35,868 nucleotides of DNA from Basidioascus undulatus (taxonomy: Eukaryota), in assembly GCA_000826855.1 (NCBI GenBank), contig JTLS01000063.1, positions 1-35,868 of the forward strand, written 5' to 3'. Below the pieces are notes generated by a model. That model made no database searches and had not been told where the DNA came from. It saw only the letters and a program-made list of their open reading frames with translations. Each line of letters begins with the position of its first letter. Positions within the stretch are counted from its first letter, which is position 1. This document shows, piece after piece, positions 10,380 through 22,775 of the stretch. A program made the position numbers and the translations under genes.

Positions 10380-13300
10380 TGGCTCTAATGTCCTCGTGGA
10401 CTCCTGGAGTCTAAGGTGAGAGAGGGTGAGCGCATTCCTGAGCATCCAGTGCGCAAGGTTTCCGTGCTGATGGAGGAAATCAGCAAGGTACCCCGTCTTA
10501 ACAAAGTTCTATCCAACAGCCTAGATATTTGAAAGAAGGCCCTACAACTTCGGTCTTCGTAGCCTACACGAGCGAGGGGGCTCTCCCGAGTAATTGACCA
10601 CAAGGCGTAATTTGCGACCTTTAGAAGTTGACGCATTGACGACTCCTGACCGTGTCTGCACATCGGACTGGGCTTGGTATTGTTTTTAAAGTCAGTAGTA
10701 TCCTTGGGCATTACTAGTAGGGTGTGAAATACCAAGATCCCAACACTGGGAAGTTTGGTCAAGTCCCGTAGTTCCACGAGTCAGGAGCTGTGCCGTCGAC
10801 CCGTCGCGAAGAGGCGGCTGTGGACGACAGCGTCTTTGGAGGCGGACGTTGTTGGCGGGTAAAAAGCTACTTTTATACACCTTGGAGGCTTGTGTAACAA
10901 TGTATCTCCGTGTTTCGGTGTCGCATCGTACGGTAGACTGACATCGCGAGCGGTCTGAAACGTGTTTAAGACGGGGGCCTGACAAAGCGTGGGTTACCGA
11001 ATTGTCTAGTGAGGACGGCTTGTTAGGGATACCACTAAAGCTTCCCGATACAGATGGTAAAGGATTTATATCAAGATAGAGTGTTAATCAGCGGCAAAAT
11101 AAGCAGCGTGAGGGTGCACCCAGCGCCTGCAGCCCGACCAGGCGTTACCGACCGCCGGGCACTCCACTTCATAGTCCCATGATGTTGCGAAGTGGCTCGG
11201 ATCTTGTGAAGGCGAACCCCAAAGATAAAACTTGGCTTCGTTAACCGATCAAAGGCCTTGGGGCGCAGTGGAAGCGAAGTTCAGTGTCTACTCGGCTGCA
11301 GATACGCAGGCACGAGTATGTTGGTGGTGGGCGACTGCGGCATATGTAACACGTACCGTCATAACCTGTGAAAGTGTTTGTATTCAAAGCTCAAATGAGA
11401 CTCAAGTAGCTCTTGGTGTGCATGAACGCTTGGGGTAGAAGATGAGGAACTCCACGGTCTTGCATACTACTTCCCACCCAAGGAAGGCAAGGTTCATACC
11501 AAACGAGATACTCTGCGGCTGCCTTCTTTATATTGGATGGTACTAAACTGTAATACAAGCTTTAATAACTCTTGGATGACTAGCAGACTCTTTTAGCGGG
11601 TCAGAGGCCAGCTGGCAACGGTGCTCCCGTTTCGGACCCTGCATTGAATGAAGCCCTTGGAGAGTACTGCTGCTGGAGCTCAAAGCATACAGACATATGG
11701 GACCATACTAGTCGTTTCCAAGCCTCGCTCTTCTATGAGGTAAAAGAACAAGAAAGTGGTCCAGGTAGGCAGCAGTGTCTCCTGCCGCGCTGCGGAAAGT
11801 GGGAAAGCAGTGGTTGTGGCGTGAAGTTCTTGACATATCGGGAGGCTCCAGTAAGTCTGTGTCCTTGCTGGGTATGAAGCAATCATTATATCTTCTGAAC
11901 TGAAGATGCAAGCCAACTGAAAATGACAGCTCTGCACAGCGTTCAGCCGACAGCACCGCAAAATTCAAAGGTACATCGTTCGTCCGTGTTTGAAGTCTTT
12001 GGGACTGTGAATTGACCTCGTGAAAATTCAATCAAGTCCAATTTTTTATTCAGTTATGGCGGGGAGTTCGGCACCTTGGAATGAGTCTTCTGGCGATACT
12101 GTTGAGCAGACACTGTAGACGACCGTCATGGACGTCGGGTTGTCAAATGGTTTTCAAATGCCGACCCAGGTATGTTGTGGGGGATTCGTTCTTATGCCTA
12201 CCTTTCTCTTTCATACCTGCCTTACTGGCAGTGCTCAGCCAGTTGGTTCCTATTCCCTCTTCGTTCCTCAGGGGAATCGGTTTCTCCATTTTCCTGTCAC
12301 GCTATCGACCGTAACTTTCTGAATAAGTAAGCCTTCCGTGGATAGTCCGGGGCAGGGCCTTGCCGACATTTGCCCGCATCGTTTCATGCACGAGTCCTTC
12401 TCAAGTTAAATTGATCAGTCATTATCCTGAGATTAGGGGACGTCAAACTCGCAACCGTGGATTAAGGTTGCGAGCAAGTTGCGTGCGTGGCCAGAGGCGC
12501 AACGCACGGGCAAGTTGCGGCTCGGTTACGCAACCGCCGCAACCTCTCCGAAGTTTTATCCCCTAATGTATTCTTTAAAATTACCTAGCATTCTTTTTCC
12601 AGTGTCTGATAAGAGCGTTCTGATGTTGGCGCTGCCTGAGCAAAGGAACGGTTGGACGGCAATGCTGTCCCGGTGCGGTATCTGCACGTACGCGTTTGCT
12701 TTTGGGCATCAGGTGTATTCAAATGATTACAAAAAGTGGTAGATCATTATTGGAAGCTAATGGCCAACCTGAGGAGTGAAAGCCGGGGGACATATCTTGT
12801 ATGTGGTAGCTTGCACGTTACAGCTTGCAGGACGCTAATTGTTGCTTTGGCCAGAATGTTCTCATTTCCTTGCCTGCTATCTAAGGGCCAGTGACTGCTC
12901 ATAAGATAACAGGAATGATCAAATTTTTCTTCCCTGCGCACGCAAAGGCGGCTAACCTGACAAAGTGCTGAAACTGTTCACGCATGAACATGGCATCCCT
13001 TGGCTGCCTCCGGTTTCGCCTGAACATAAAGCTAGGCAGTCTTGATAACCATGTTGTCCTTTCTAGGTCCAAGCCCATGCAACATATCAAATACAAAAGA
13101 GCAGGTACGGTGGTGAGCCCAAGGGCAGAGCATGGTGGTCCTCTTTGGCATACCAAGCTGTTCACTGCCTTTGAAACCTCCAAAGACGTTCATGCAAAAC
13201 TGCACAAATCTGTACCTGGCTTAGAGGGGGAATCGGTCCTGCCGCGCTTGCGTCGGCCTTACTCTAACAAGTGTATGAGAGGCTAAGCGGTCTAAACCGC

Positions 13301-13420
13301 AGCGGCAGGGAGCTGCTTAGTCAGCTCTAAATCATTTCTTTCTCCTCTTTTCAGCACTTTTCTACACGTTTTAGCACCTTCACAAATGAAAAGCATAAGA
13401 TATGCTGGACCAATTTCAGA
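10380..13420. other. Long gene-free tract, locally CpG-depleted; possible degenerate repeat or transposon relic
   Basis: I found no coherent spliced gene. GC is lower than in the neighbouring genes, and a hand count gives only 2 CpG in 13021-13200. No transposase or RT motif was recognised. Confidence 0.3.
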
Positions 13421-13631
13421 GACTCTTATGGCCCGTGTAGCGCGATCCGAGAAGAGAGCGGAACGGCACCTCAGTCGAGACTAGCGACAGAAATGTCGGC
13501 AGAGCGCGCCAGGCGAGAGCCGGCGCGCGCTGCCTCGGGTCAGCCATCAACGCTCGCCGTCTTTTTGCCTTGCCAGTCCACTCCACCCCCCGACCGCCAT
13601 CCTTACACCAGAATCGGATCCTAGGTCTACG

Positions 13632-15337
13632 ATGGGAAAGAGTGTTGCGCGTGTATACGCGGACGCGAACGAGAAGCACGGGCGGAGCTGGTGGGATTAC
13701 GGTACGCCGGTCGACCAAGATCAGGGCATGAGCCCGCCCGCGATGCTGACATTATGGGGCCTCGCAGACAACTTGACGGTGCAATGGGGGGATCAGAGCA
13801 GCTATGAGGTGGTCAGGAAAGGTGCGCGGCTCTACCGGTGTCTTGGTGTCACGAACGAGGAGCTGACCTGGTGGACTTCCAGTCGGGCGGGGCAAGTACT
13901 CGGAGGTGTTCGAGGGCGTCAACATCGTCAACGACGAGAAGTGCATCATCAAGGTGCTCAAGCCCGTCAAGAAGAAGAAGATCAAGCGCGAGATCAAGAT
14001 CCTCCAGAACCTCGCGGGCGGGCCGAACGTCATCGCATTGCTGGACGTCGTCCGGGACCCTCAGGTGAGCAGGTGGACACGTTGCTGGACTGGAGAAGAA
14101 GGGAGAGGATGGGAATGAGGAGGAGGCCTGGCCAAGGAGATCTAGGCAAGGATAATGGGGGATGCGCGGGGCAGGTGATTCAGCGCAGCGCTGTCTGGCC
14201 TCGTAGACTTCATCACAACGCGACTCTGGAGGATGACCTTGTGGGCGCTCGAGAAGAAGACACGGACACCGTGTTACTCATCACGCCGCGAATCATGAAT
14301 GTTGTGCTGACACTGCTGGTACCTGCTTCACAGTCCAAGACCCCGTCCAGTGCGTTCTCTTCCCCACCCCAACCCTCAGCTTGTGGTCTGACACTCCCGT
14401 CCTGCCAGTCATTTCCGAATATGTCAACAACACTGACTTCAAAGTCCTTTACCCCAAATTCACCGACTACGATGTTCGCTACTACATCTTCGAGCTGCTG
14501 AAGGTGCGATCTGGTTTGACGTTAGGGGCTCTGCGACGCACGGCTGACCAAGCCCTGTTGTCCCCAGGCGCTCGACTTCTGCCACTCCAAAGGCATCATG
14601 CACCGCGACGTCAAGCCGCACAACGTCATGATCGACCACGAGAAGCGCAAGGTGCGTGCTCAGCGCGTCGTCTGCTTCCAGTTGACATTCATCTGACAAG
14701 GCGCTGGTTCTCTACAGCTGCGACTGATCGACTGGGGTTTGGCGGAGTTCTACCACCCGGGTACCGAGTACAACGTCCGCGTTGCATCCCGGTACTTCAA
14801 GGGTCCGGAGCTCCTCGTCGACTTCCAAGAATACGACTACTCGCTCGACATGTGGAGCCTGGGGTGCATGTTCGCGTCGATGGTGCGCCGCGCTTCTTGT
14901 TAGACCGTCGAAGTTATTGCGGACCAGGCTAAAGCAGCTGCGATGACGTTCTAGATCTTCCGGAAGGAGCCGTTCTTCCACGGCCACGACAACTATGACC
15001 AGCTTGTGAAGATCACCAAGGTGCTCGGCACGGACGAGCTGTACGCATATCTCGAGAAGTACGATATCGACCTCGACGCGCAGTACGACGACATCCTCGG
15101 CCGGTATGTTCAAGTTGAAACTGCTTTGCACGATCGCCGACGTCCCACCCCGTGCTTATCTCCCTCAACAGCTACACCCGCAAGCCCTGGTCCCGCTTCG
15201 TCACATCCGAGAACCAACAATGGATCTCGAATGAGGCGATCGACTTCCTCGACAAGCTCTTGCGCTACGACCACCAGGAGCGCCTCACCGCGGCGGAGGC
15301 GATGCAGCACCCGTACTTCGAGCCCGTCAGACCCTGA
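13632..15337 (+). CDS. CKA1: Casein kinase II catalytic (alpha) subunit, multi-exon
   Basis: [26 protein letters not shown]...[11 protein letters not shown]...[21 protein letters not shown]...[13 protein letters not shown]...[13 protein letters not shown]...[10 protein letters not shown]...DMWSLG...[14 protein letters not shown]...[18 protein letters not shown] are all CK2-alpha hallmarks. Confidence 0.98.
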
Positions 15338-15987
15338 ATCAAGGCAATCATCCTGCATCTTGTTCGTCTCGATCCTTTGCGTTCTCCGATGCACTCACGT
15401 TGACTAACGGACGGTCCATCGACGGTGCGCAGTCGATACCAAGGCCTCCGTAGACTTCAGCCCTCCCACGTACCATCCTCCCGAACGAACTCTCGCCCAA
15501 CCTGGCTTCCGCTTCCCTCTTGTTCCCTTTCTTTCTCGCTGTTACTCTCGCGGTTATGTTTCCTCTGCATCTCGCATCTTACGGGCTTATACTATGATAT
15601 CACATGCTGCGCATCCACTAACGTAGCCTGACGGTCTCCGGTTGTGCCTGTGCTCGGGTTGATGCTGCGAGTAACTGCTGATGATGGATAACAGCGGTAG
15701 GTGCAGCTTTCTGCCTCTTCGGTCTCGGACTCTTGCATCATCGACTACACAATCCGTTTCTTCTGCCGTACACTCCTGCAGCTGGCAGCCACGTCAAAGT
15801 CTGGCTCGTCCAATTGATCTCGCGCCACGCCCTAGGCGTGAGGCTTGCTATCGGGCATCTTTGGAGGTCTTGGGCTGGAGGTCTTCGCTTTACACGCTTC
15901 GTGCTGTATGATATATCCAAGAGGCGGTACCAGAGACCTAGAAGGAACAATGCACAATGCAGACTGCATGGTATACCCTCGTTCGGC

Positions 15988-16436
15988 TCAAAAAACACCC
16001 TCTTCGAAGTCCCACACCTGAGCGCCGCTAACAGTTTTGGCCGCGAACGCCTTGAACTCCTGATGAGCCGGGTCGTGGTCTAAATCTGCGGGTAAAAGCA
16101 CCGTCAACTGGGGATGCCGGCCGACTCGCCGGCCATAGGTATAGAGAGCGCACAGTAGAGGCGGTCTGCGTCGTTCTGCGATGCCTGCGAATATCAGATC
16201 AGCACAGAACTTCAGACATAGACGGCAAGGGAAAGGGGTCGCACAGCAAAGCGAAGCACGAAGACGTGCTCGTATGCTCCGCTCATGCCCTCGGGACTGT
16301 TCTCCTTGCCAGCGGTCAACGACAAGACGCCCTTGCACTGGTCCTTGAGCGCCACGAAACGCTCCGCGAAGGCCTTCTTCCCCGCGTCAGGAAGAGAAGC
16401 CGGGTACTTAAACGCGACGATGTGAGTGATTGGCAT
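15988..16436 (-). CDS. Stress-responsive alpha/beta barrel (Dabb family) protein, 3 exons
   Basis: MPITHIVAFKY...GKENSPEGMSGAYEHVFVLRFA|NDADRLY|YLDHDPAHQEFKAF...VWDFEEGVF* shows the Dabb-type HIV.F, SPEG and YL..DPAH.EF motifs. Confidence 0.88.
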
Positions 16437-16838
16437 TGAGGCCGTTGAGAGCGGAAATAACGAGATTGGGCTTGGTCAGTAGCGCAGGAGGCGAAATGGT
16501 GATGATGGTCGGTGGGCAAGCCGCAATCTCGGCGTCGTCGCCTTCTGATGACGACGATAGAGAGATTGGCAAGCTCACACTGGATTTTCTCGGTTGAGTG
16601 CACTTGCGCTCATGGCAATGAAGGATGTTGGAATGTAACGCCGAGGTACATAAGTGATATAAATGAGCAAGCCGGATAATGCTAGCCACGGCAACCATCC
16701 CAATGGTGATCACAAGAAGCTGGGTAACAGATAAAAAGACAAGTCTGCGCGATGGGCACATGCAACGACCAACAAGGGAGAGATGTCCTGTACAAAGAGA
16801 AGAGGAAAGAGCGAGAACCCAATGAACGTCTAATCCGG

Positions 16839-19800
16839 CTACGACAACGCAGGCGACGCAAGGTTCAGAATCCACAAGACGAGGAGCCCCACCGCCAGCT
16901 TGAGCCTCAGGTCCTTCCCGATCGACGTGCCAGCGATGCGTGCCCAGTCCAGCACTGTACGCTGCCGCCATCCAGGCGTCCACCCCGCAGCCTTCGCACT
17001 GGCGTTGGCAGCCTCGACGTCCACCGTGCTCGGCTTCTCGCTCTCGAGCGCGAGCGAGATGCGCTCGATCGGTTGCTGCGCCGCAGACGACCCAGCAGTC
17101 GCAGGGACGACTTCGATCTGCTGCATGAGGGGCAGGGCAGGCGCAGACGGCGGGACGGCTGTGACGGGAAGACGCTTCTTGCCGCCGCCGCAGATCCACT
17201 CGGTCAGGTAGCCCGTCGCGGTGGCAACCTTGTGAGAGAGGAAGAGGAAGATGGCGCTGGAGATGAGGAAGTTGATGGGGCGGAGGGAGGTTCCGGGGAT
17301 GACGAGGAGGATGCCTGGACGGGGCCACGAAGGGTGCGTGTCAGCAAGGAAGACACATGCTGCGCAGATGACGGGTATAGAATGAACCCTTGGTATCGGC
17401 GGCGAGCCAGACATGGAACTGAAGAATGAAAGCTGTGAAGTGGAATGTGCGCATATCAGCGATGAGCTCAGCCGCGTCGACCGGAAAGGTCAGCTCCGAA
17501 ACGTACTCTCAAGACCTGCAACAGAGACCGCGCCATGTCAGCTCGCGACTTCACAAGAACCTTTGTCTGAGGCGACGCACTGCATTGTCCGATCCAGCAG
17601 AACACCTTGGACGAGGTCGAGCGCAGTGCGGTGGTCGCGTTGCGGAGGATGATGAACGCGAGGACGGGCAGGACGGACACGTAAGGATGCCAAGCGTTGT
17701 ACGTGAACTTGCTAGGCTGGCTCAGCTCGAACCACATGAACCCGGCGAGCGTGACCGCCGCGAGCGCAACGCTCGCCTGGCGGGCCTTGGGCCACCACGG
17801 GCGGTCGGCGATGCGGAGCTCCCTGAACTTGAGGCTCGCGAGCGCGACGAGCATGCCGGCGTAGACGATCCACATGTCGAGCGCGACGCGGAAGCGCCAC
17901 TCGGTCGCGGACCAGCGGATGTGGAAGACGCGCTCGAGCGCCCAGAAGAGCGTCTCGAAGTAGGGCGGGGTCGAGATGAGGTACGTCACGAGCGCGGCGG
18001 AGACGACGAGCTTCGCGAGGAGGAAGGCAAGACGCTCATTGTACTTGTGCCCGGCGTACATCGTCCCCCAGATAATAAGGAACCAGAGCGAGACGAGCGG
18101 GCTGAAGTAGTAGGAGATCTGGAAGGGGGTTGAGGGGGTACGTCAGCCGAGGGACTCACGAAAAGGTGCTGGAGAAGACCAACGTAGTCGGTGTTCATCA
18201 CGTAGGCGAGGACGACCGTAAGGAGGTTGAGGCGGACGAGGACGTTGGCGATGCGCGCGAAGCCAAAGTCGGCCTTCTTGTAGTAGAAAGTGAAGTGGCC
18301 GAGACCTGTTGAACGAGCACCAATCAGCCAAGGCAAAAGCGGGAGAGGACAGCCTAGCATTGATCTTGACATACCCGTCATGAACAGGTACGCAGCCACA
18401 AGGACGCGGATAGGGTTGTAAATGCCGGAGATCTTGGATGCGCCGAGGTAGTGGTAGATCAAGATAGCGACTGCGGATCCGCCTCCGCATGAGTCCCCAT
18501 CCCCTTTGACACCCTTTCAACACCGCACGCCATCAAGAGAGAAACGCACTCTGCATCCACCCTTTCCACTCGTCCGTCTGGTCGCGGTTCAGGAACCCGA
18601 GGTCTTTGTCGCCCTTCTTCATCGTGCCCAGGCCGGCGGCGAGCGCGACGAGGCTAAGAAACGCGAACGTCGTGGGCTCGTACTGCTTGTGCTCCTTGAG
18701 GAAGACGTGCGTGCGGTCGGCGAGGTAGAGGATCCCGATCGCGCTGCCGAAGATCGTGAGCGGCGCGAGAATCTCCTCCTTCGGGAAGAGCATAGCGAGG
18801 CGGGGACGGGAGGCTGCGGGGAATCAGGGGGTAAGGACATTGCGGAGGAAGATGGGCGAAGGGAGAGAGGGGGCGAACGCACCGAGGCGATTGTGGAAGA
18901 CCTTCCCGAGAGGAGCCCAGAACACGATGAAGAGGAGGAATGCGAGCTGGACGCCCGTGAAGCTCGGGTAGCGGCGGCAGCAGGTCTTGTCGAGCGGGAA
19001 GCGCTTGGGGAGGACCTCGTTGCAGCGGTGGTTGAGGAGGATCTGCGCCTGGTACCTCAGCACGCTGTGCCCGTAGTGCAAGCCGTCCGCCGTCTGGCTC
19101 TGGCCCAACGCGATCACGTCGTTGAACACGAACGGGATCTCGAGGTCGGGCCTTGGAGCTGCGCCACCGGGCACGCCGTCGGCGCCTACGAGTAGGGAGC
19201 CCATCGCGGAGATGTCCGGGTGCGGGTGCAGCCGCGCCGCGAGATCCGCGTTCATCGCGTGCACGTCGGTCGTGTGGATCGTGCGCGCGCGGTCGGCGGA
19301 GAGCTTGGGCTCGAACGGGTCTTCCACGGGCAGGAAGACGACTTCGTCTGCGACCTTTCGGGCAGGGTCGCTGAGCTTCGAGAACGCCCAGTCGACCCGT
19401 TCGGTCCAGGTCGTGAGCCCACCGGACTCGGCGGAGTTGCGGAGGTACCAGAGGCCGGTGCCGAGGACGAGGAGAGCGGGGCGGGTCGAGAGAGAGACGG
19501 GGGAGGAGATGAGGTCGGCCGTGCGCGAGGTGTTGAGGTAGGGGTCCCAGTGGAAGGAGAGGGAGAGGCCCGAGGGCGCGGAGTGGGTCTTGTCCGAATG
19601 CTTCTCGGTCGGGTCCGAGGTGGAGAAGGGGTCGGGCGCGCCGGGGTCCACGGTGCGCAGGAAGGAGTAGTACAGCTGGCGGGTCGTACTGTCGCCGATG
19701 AAGACGACGCGTCGGTCCGACAGGCAGGCCGCGATATCCTTCTTCTGGTAGCTGTGCAGCATGCAGCCTGGGAGAACAGACTATTCAGACCTCCTGCCCG

Positions 19801-20075
19801 CTCAGATCCCAGCAGGAGAGGATTGGAACGCACCGTTTGGCTGCCAGTTCTTGAACTGCTCCGGCCCGTCAATGAACAGTCCGCTGTTCAACAAGGCATT
19901 ACACCGGTACGGATCCGCGCCGTCTGCCCGGCCGCCCATCATTTTGAGTCCTCAATCCAGCACAAGGACGCGATCGAGACGGACCGAAGACGATATTCCT
20001 GACGACGTTCAGGCCGAGAATGACGGCGATGAGCGCGAGGAGCGCCGAAGACACGAGCGCCGGGTTGAGCTGCAT
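16839..20075 (-). CDS. CAS1: Cas1p/CASD1-family polysaccharide O-acetyltransferase (SGNH-like domain plus multi-TM Cas1_AcylT domain); unrelated to CRISPR Cas1
   Basis: An N-terminal TM is followed by DPYRCNALL...NWQPNGCMLHSY and [13 protein letters not shown] (GDS), then DGLH (DxxH). The TM domain carries [46 protein letters not shown] and [13 protein letters not shown]. Confidence 0.95.
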
Positions 20076-20716
20076 GGTCCTCGACGCCGACTGAATATCT
20101 CCCCGGCAGGACTAGGGGCGGTGATGGGGTAAAAGAAGGTAAAGATGGGAGGGCAAGCTGCTGGTGTGAAGGCGAAGGGCAACGAGAAGGCAGGCACAAG
20201 CTGGCAGGCGCTGTGAGGGATTAGAGTTCGCGTGCCGCGGCGCGTCGACGATCTTGTCTTCCTGTTGCCTTCTCCCTGGCGGTACTTCTTCGGTTGATTC
20301 TGTCTGGGTTCGTTAGGCCAAACTACATTCTCCATACAGGACCAGTAGGACGGCGGTCGGAACGGCAAAGTCGCTGCACAGACGCGTTCGCGCTACGACG
20401 CGCCGCGTCATTAGTTTTGTGACAGCGACAACAGCTTGTCTCAGACGGCACTGAATCATTTCGGCCTTTTTCAACCTTTTTTCACTGCTCATCAGGAGGA
20501 TACCTATATGCTGTTTTGAATTCAACGTGCTGAGCACGCATTCCAGGTGTACAAGCTACCGACGACGGGCCGCTGCGTTGTAGTCTACGAGCTCGATCGT
20601 GTGCTGTCTCCCTCAGAACATACCCCCAAGGACAAGTCGATCTCCCAGTTCATAAAAACCTCCGATGGTCATTAAAAGAAGTAGCATCTGCCAATCTCAC
20701 TGAGCCATTCCGTCCT

Positions 20717-21201
20717 TCAACCGTAGTACCGCTTGCTCGCAAAGTACTTCTTGACGTTCGGGCGGGCCTTGACGCCCTCGACGGCTCCTTGAGCCTGGGC
20801 GCCTTGTCGAGTCCATCCCAGTCGTCGTCGTGTGCGATCTGCGACCACGGCATCAATGATCCTGCTGATCCTGAGGCCATGCTTATGGGTGTGGGGCGCA
20901 GACATACCTGGAAGATGACAAAGTCCGCATAGGTGATCTCCTTGCCGAGACGAACGGACCACCGGAGGACAGCGGCGAGGTAGAGAGAGCTTGGAGGCCT
21001 TGGATGAACTCTGCGAAAGGTGCAAGGGGGACCGTTCAGCCTGCGGAAGTAGTAGTAGAACGTGGGGACGCCTCCGATGGCGCTGAAGTTCATTCGAGTG
21101 CATCAATCAGTACGCAGACGCTGAGTGAGTCGAACGTTGCTTGGTTGAGGCACGCACTCGTTCGCAGCGGAGGGGTTACCGCTGTCAGTGGTCTTGGGCA
21201 T
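20717..21201 (-). pseudogene. Glutathione S-transferase pseudogene with a large internal deletion and frameshifts
   Basis: The start MPKTTDSGNPSAAN|DAIGGVPTFYYYF abuts, near 21040, the C-terminal piece GGPFV(L)GKEITYADFVIFQ|IAHDD...PRLKE(A)VEGVKARPNVKKYFASKRYYG*. The N-capping T-Y-A-D and RPNV..Y motifs are typical of GST_C. Frameshifts lie near 20950 and 20785, and most of the thioredoxin-like domain is absent. Confidence 0.75.
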
Positions 21202-21987
21202 GCTGGTAGTGTGCGTGGGTGCGATGAGTTGGAAGTTGGGGGGATGAGGAGCGTTCACTATCCGTGCTCGTACTTTATACTCGGACGTAGCGACGGGGGC
21301 GCTACAGCTGACTTGGGCACGGCGTCATTCGCTGGGGAAGGCCGATCGAAAGTCTGTCAGATCTTTATGCATTGAGTTTTAATGTATATGTGGTTTGCGC
21401 ATAGCTGCATTTCACGTATTAATAGCTACTTGTCCCTGACAAGTAAGGTGGAAGGAGGTGGAGGTGATTATCGGAGTGGGAGGGCAAGAAGCCACCTTGT
21501 CAAGCTTGCAGTGGGCTTGAGCCTGGACTGTACACTCTCAAAGAATTCTTTCGCTGACCAAGAGCCCGCATGGCTGGGGCGTTTCTAGCCCATTTATTTT
21601 TGTAGGATACATAGCGGGTTGCGCTGTGAAGACGGAGGCTGGAGTTGGCGGTCGCGTGAGGCTGCGAAGCCCGCAGCGACCCGACGCCGGGAGCACTCGC
21701 TCTCGTCTTGGAGGCAGACTTGGTCTTGCGGCGTTGATGCGCATACAAACTGGGTTATTCCTCGCGGTCATGGTGACCTACAAAGATACTTGGTTTTCAT
21801 TCCTTTTTCATCTCTCTTCGACACTCAACGACATGTTTGCTTAGTCAGCGGGTTTGGCACGGCGCCTTCCATGCCGAGCGTCATTGAGACTCGACCCTCT
21901 TCCTTTGCCGCTCACCGCTGCTTTCCCTTCGTACTGCCGCTTTTCTGCGTCTTGCTCCTTCACTATTTCTTATCCTAATCCAGCAGC

Positions 21988-22775
21988 ATGTCAGCTTCTG
22001 CACCGGCACTCACCACCGACCACACGGCGCTGCTCCAGCTCTCCACGGCGCTCCTCACCCAAGCGCTCGACCTCCTCTCCCGCCTTCCCTCCCCCTCCTC
22101 CCTCTCCCAGCCCTCAGCCCTCATCCCCGGCTCAACAATCGGAAAGCACCTCCGACATGCATACGCGCACTTCACGCTCCTGCTAGACGGGATGGACGGG
22201 GGCGCAGCGGTGGACTATGACGCGCGGCAGCGCGGGCTCGCGATGGAGCGGGATCTGGAGGCGTGCCGGGCGGTGACGAGGGAGTTGATTGAGCGGTTAG
22301 AGAGCGAGGGGTCGAAATGGGAGATGGGGCGGGAGGTGACGCTTAGCGGTGAGCCTTCCGTGGACGGAGATCATCAGAACAGGAAGGAACCTCGGAACTG
22401 AAGATGGCGATGCGGTGGATAGCTACCACGCCAATGCGGCAAACTTTCTCTACGACTTACGGACGCGAAGTGTGTCCTCGTTCTTTAACTGAATTGGTGG
22501 ATATAATTAAGTGCTGACGGTTCATGCGCGGCAGCTCTGGTTCGCTGCGCTTCACGCCATCCACCACTACTCCATGATCCGAGTTCTAGCAGTGGCCGAG
22601 CTTGTACGCTCCATCTCCTCGCCCGAAAATCTCCACGTTTACAAATCTTACGATCCAACCGGGTATCCAGAAAATCGACTTGTCCGAGGACTTCGGTGTC
22701 GCGCCCAGCACGCTCGTGCACCGCGCGGAGACGGAGGAGGCAGCAGCGGGACATGGGGAGAGCGCGAGATTGTGA
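21988..22775 (+). CDS. DinB/YfiT-superfamily protein with a C-terminal PTS1-like tripeptide (ARL), 4 exons
   Basis: STIGKHLRHAYAHF...VDYDARQR...|TTPMRQTFSTTYGRE|LWFAALHAIHHYSMIRVLAVAEL|KIDLSEDFGVAPSTL...GESARL*. The HxRH and HxxHH motifs match the DinB metal-binding histidines, and all introns are GT-AG. Confidence 0.85.

Noticed and set aside
7415..15400. Cryptic peroxisomal targeting by stop-codon readthrough in the aminotransferase or CK2
   Set aside because: The in-frame extensions end SAD* and HSR*, neither of which is a PTS1.
15430..15960. Possible small spliced gene between CK2 and the Dabb gene
   Set aside because: Branch-point and acceptor-like words are present, but I could build no consistent frame or recognisable product.
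16408..20002. Long overlapping ORFs such as 16752-17429, 17426-18133, 18506-19195 and 19220-20002 (+), and 16408-17328 (-)
   Set aside because: They are antisense or off-frame shadows of the GC-rich CAS1 exons, Arg/Gly-rich and without motifs.
16839..20075. CAS1 as a CRISPR-associated gene
   Set aside because: The name is a coincidence. The motifs are those of the Cas1p O-acetyltransferase, and I saw no repeat-spacer array in the window.
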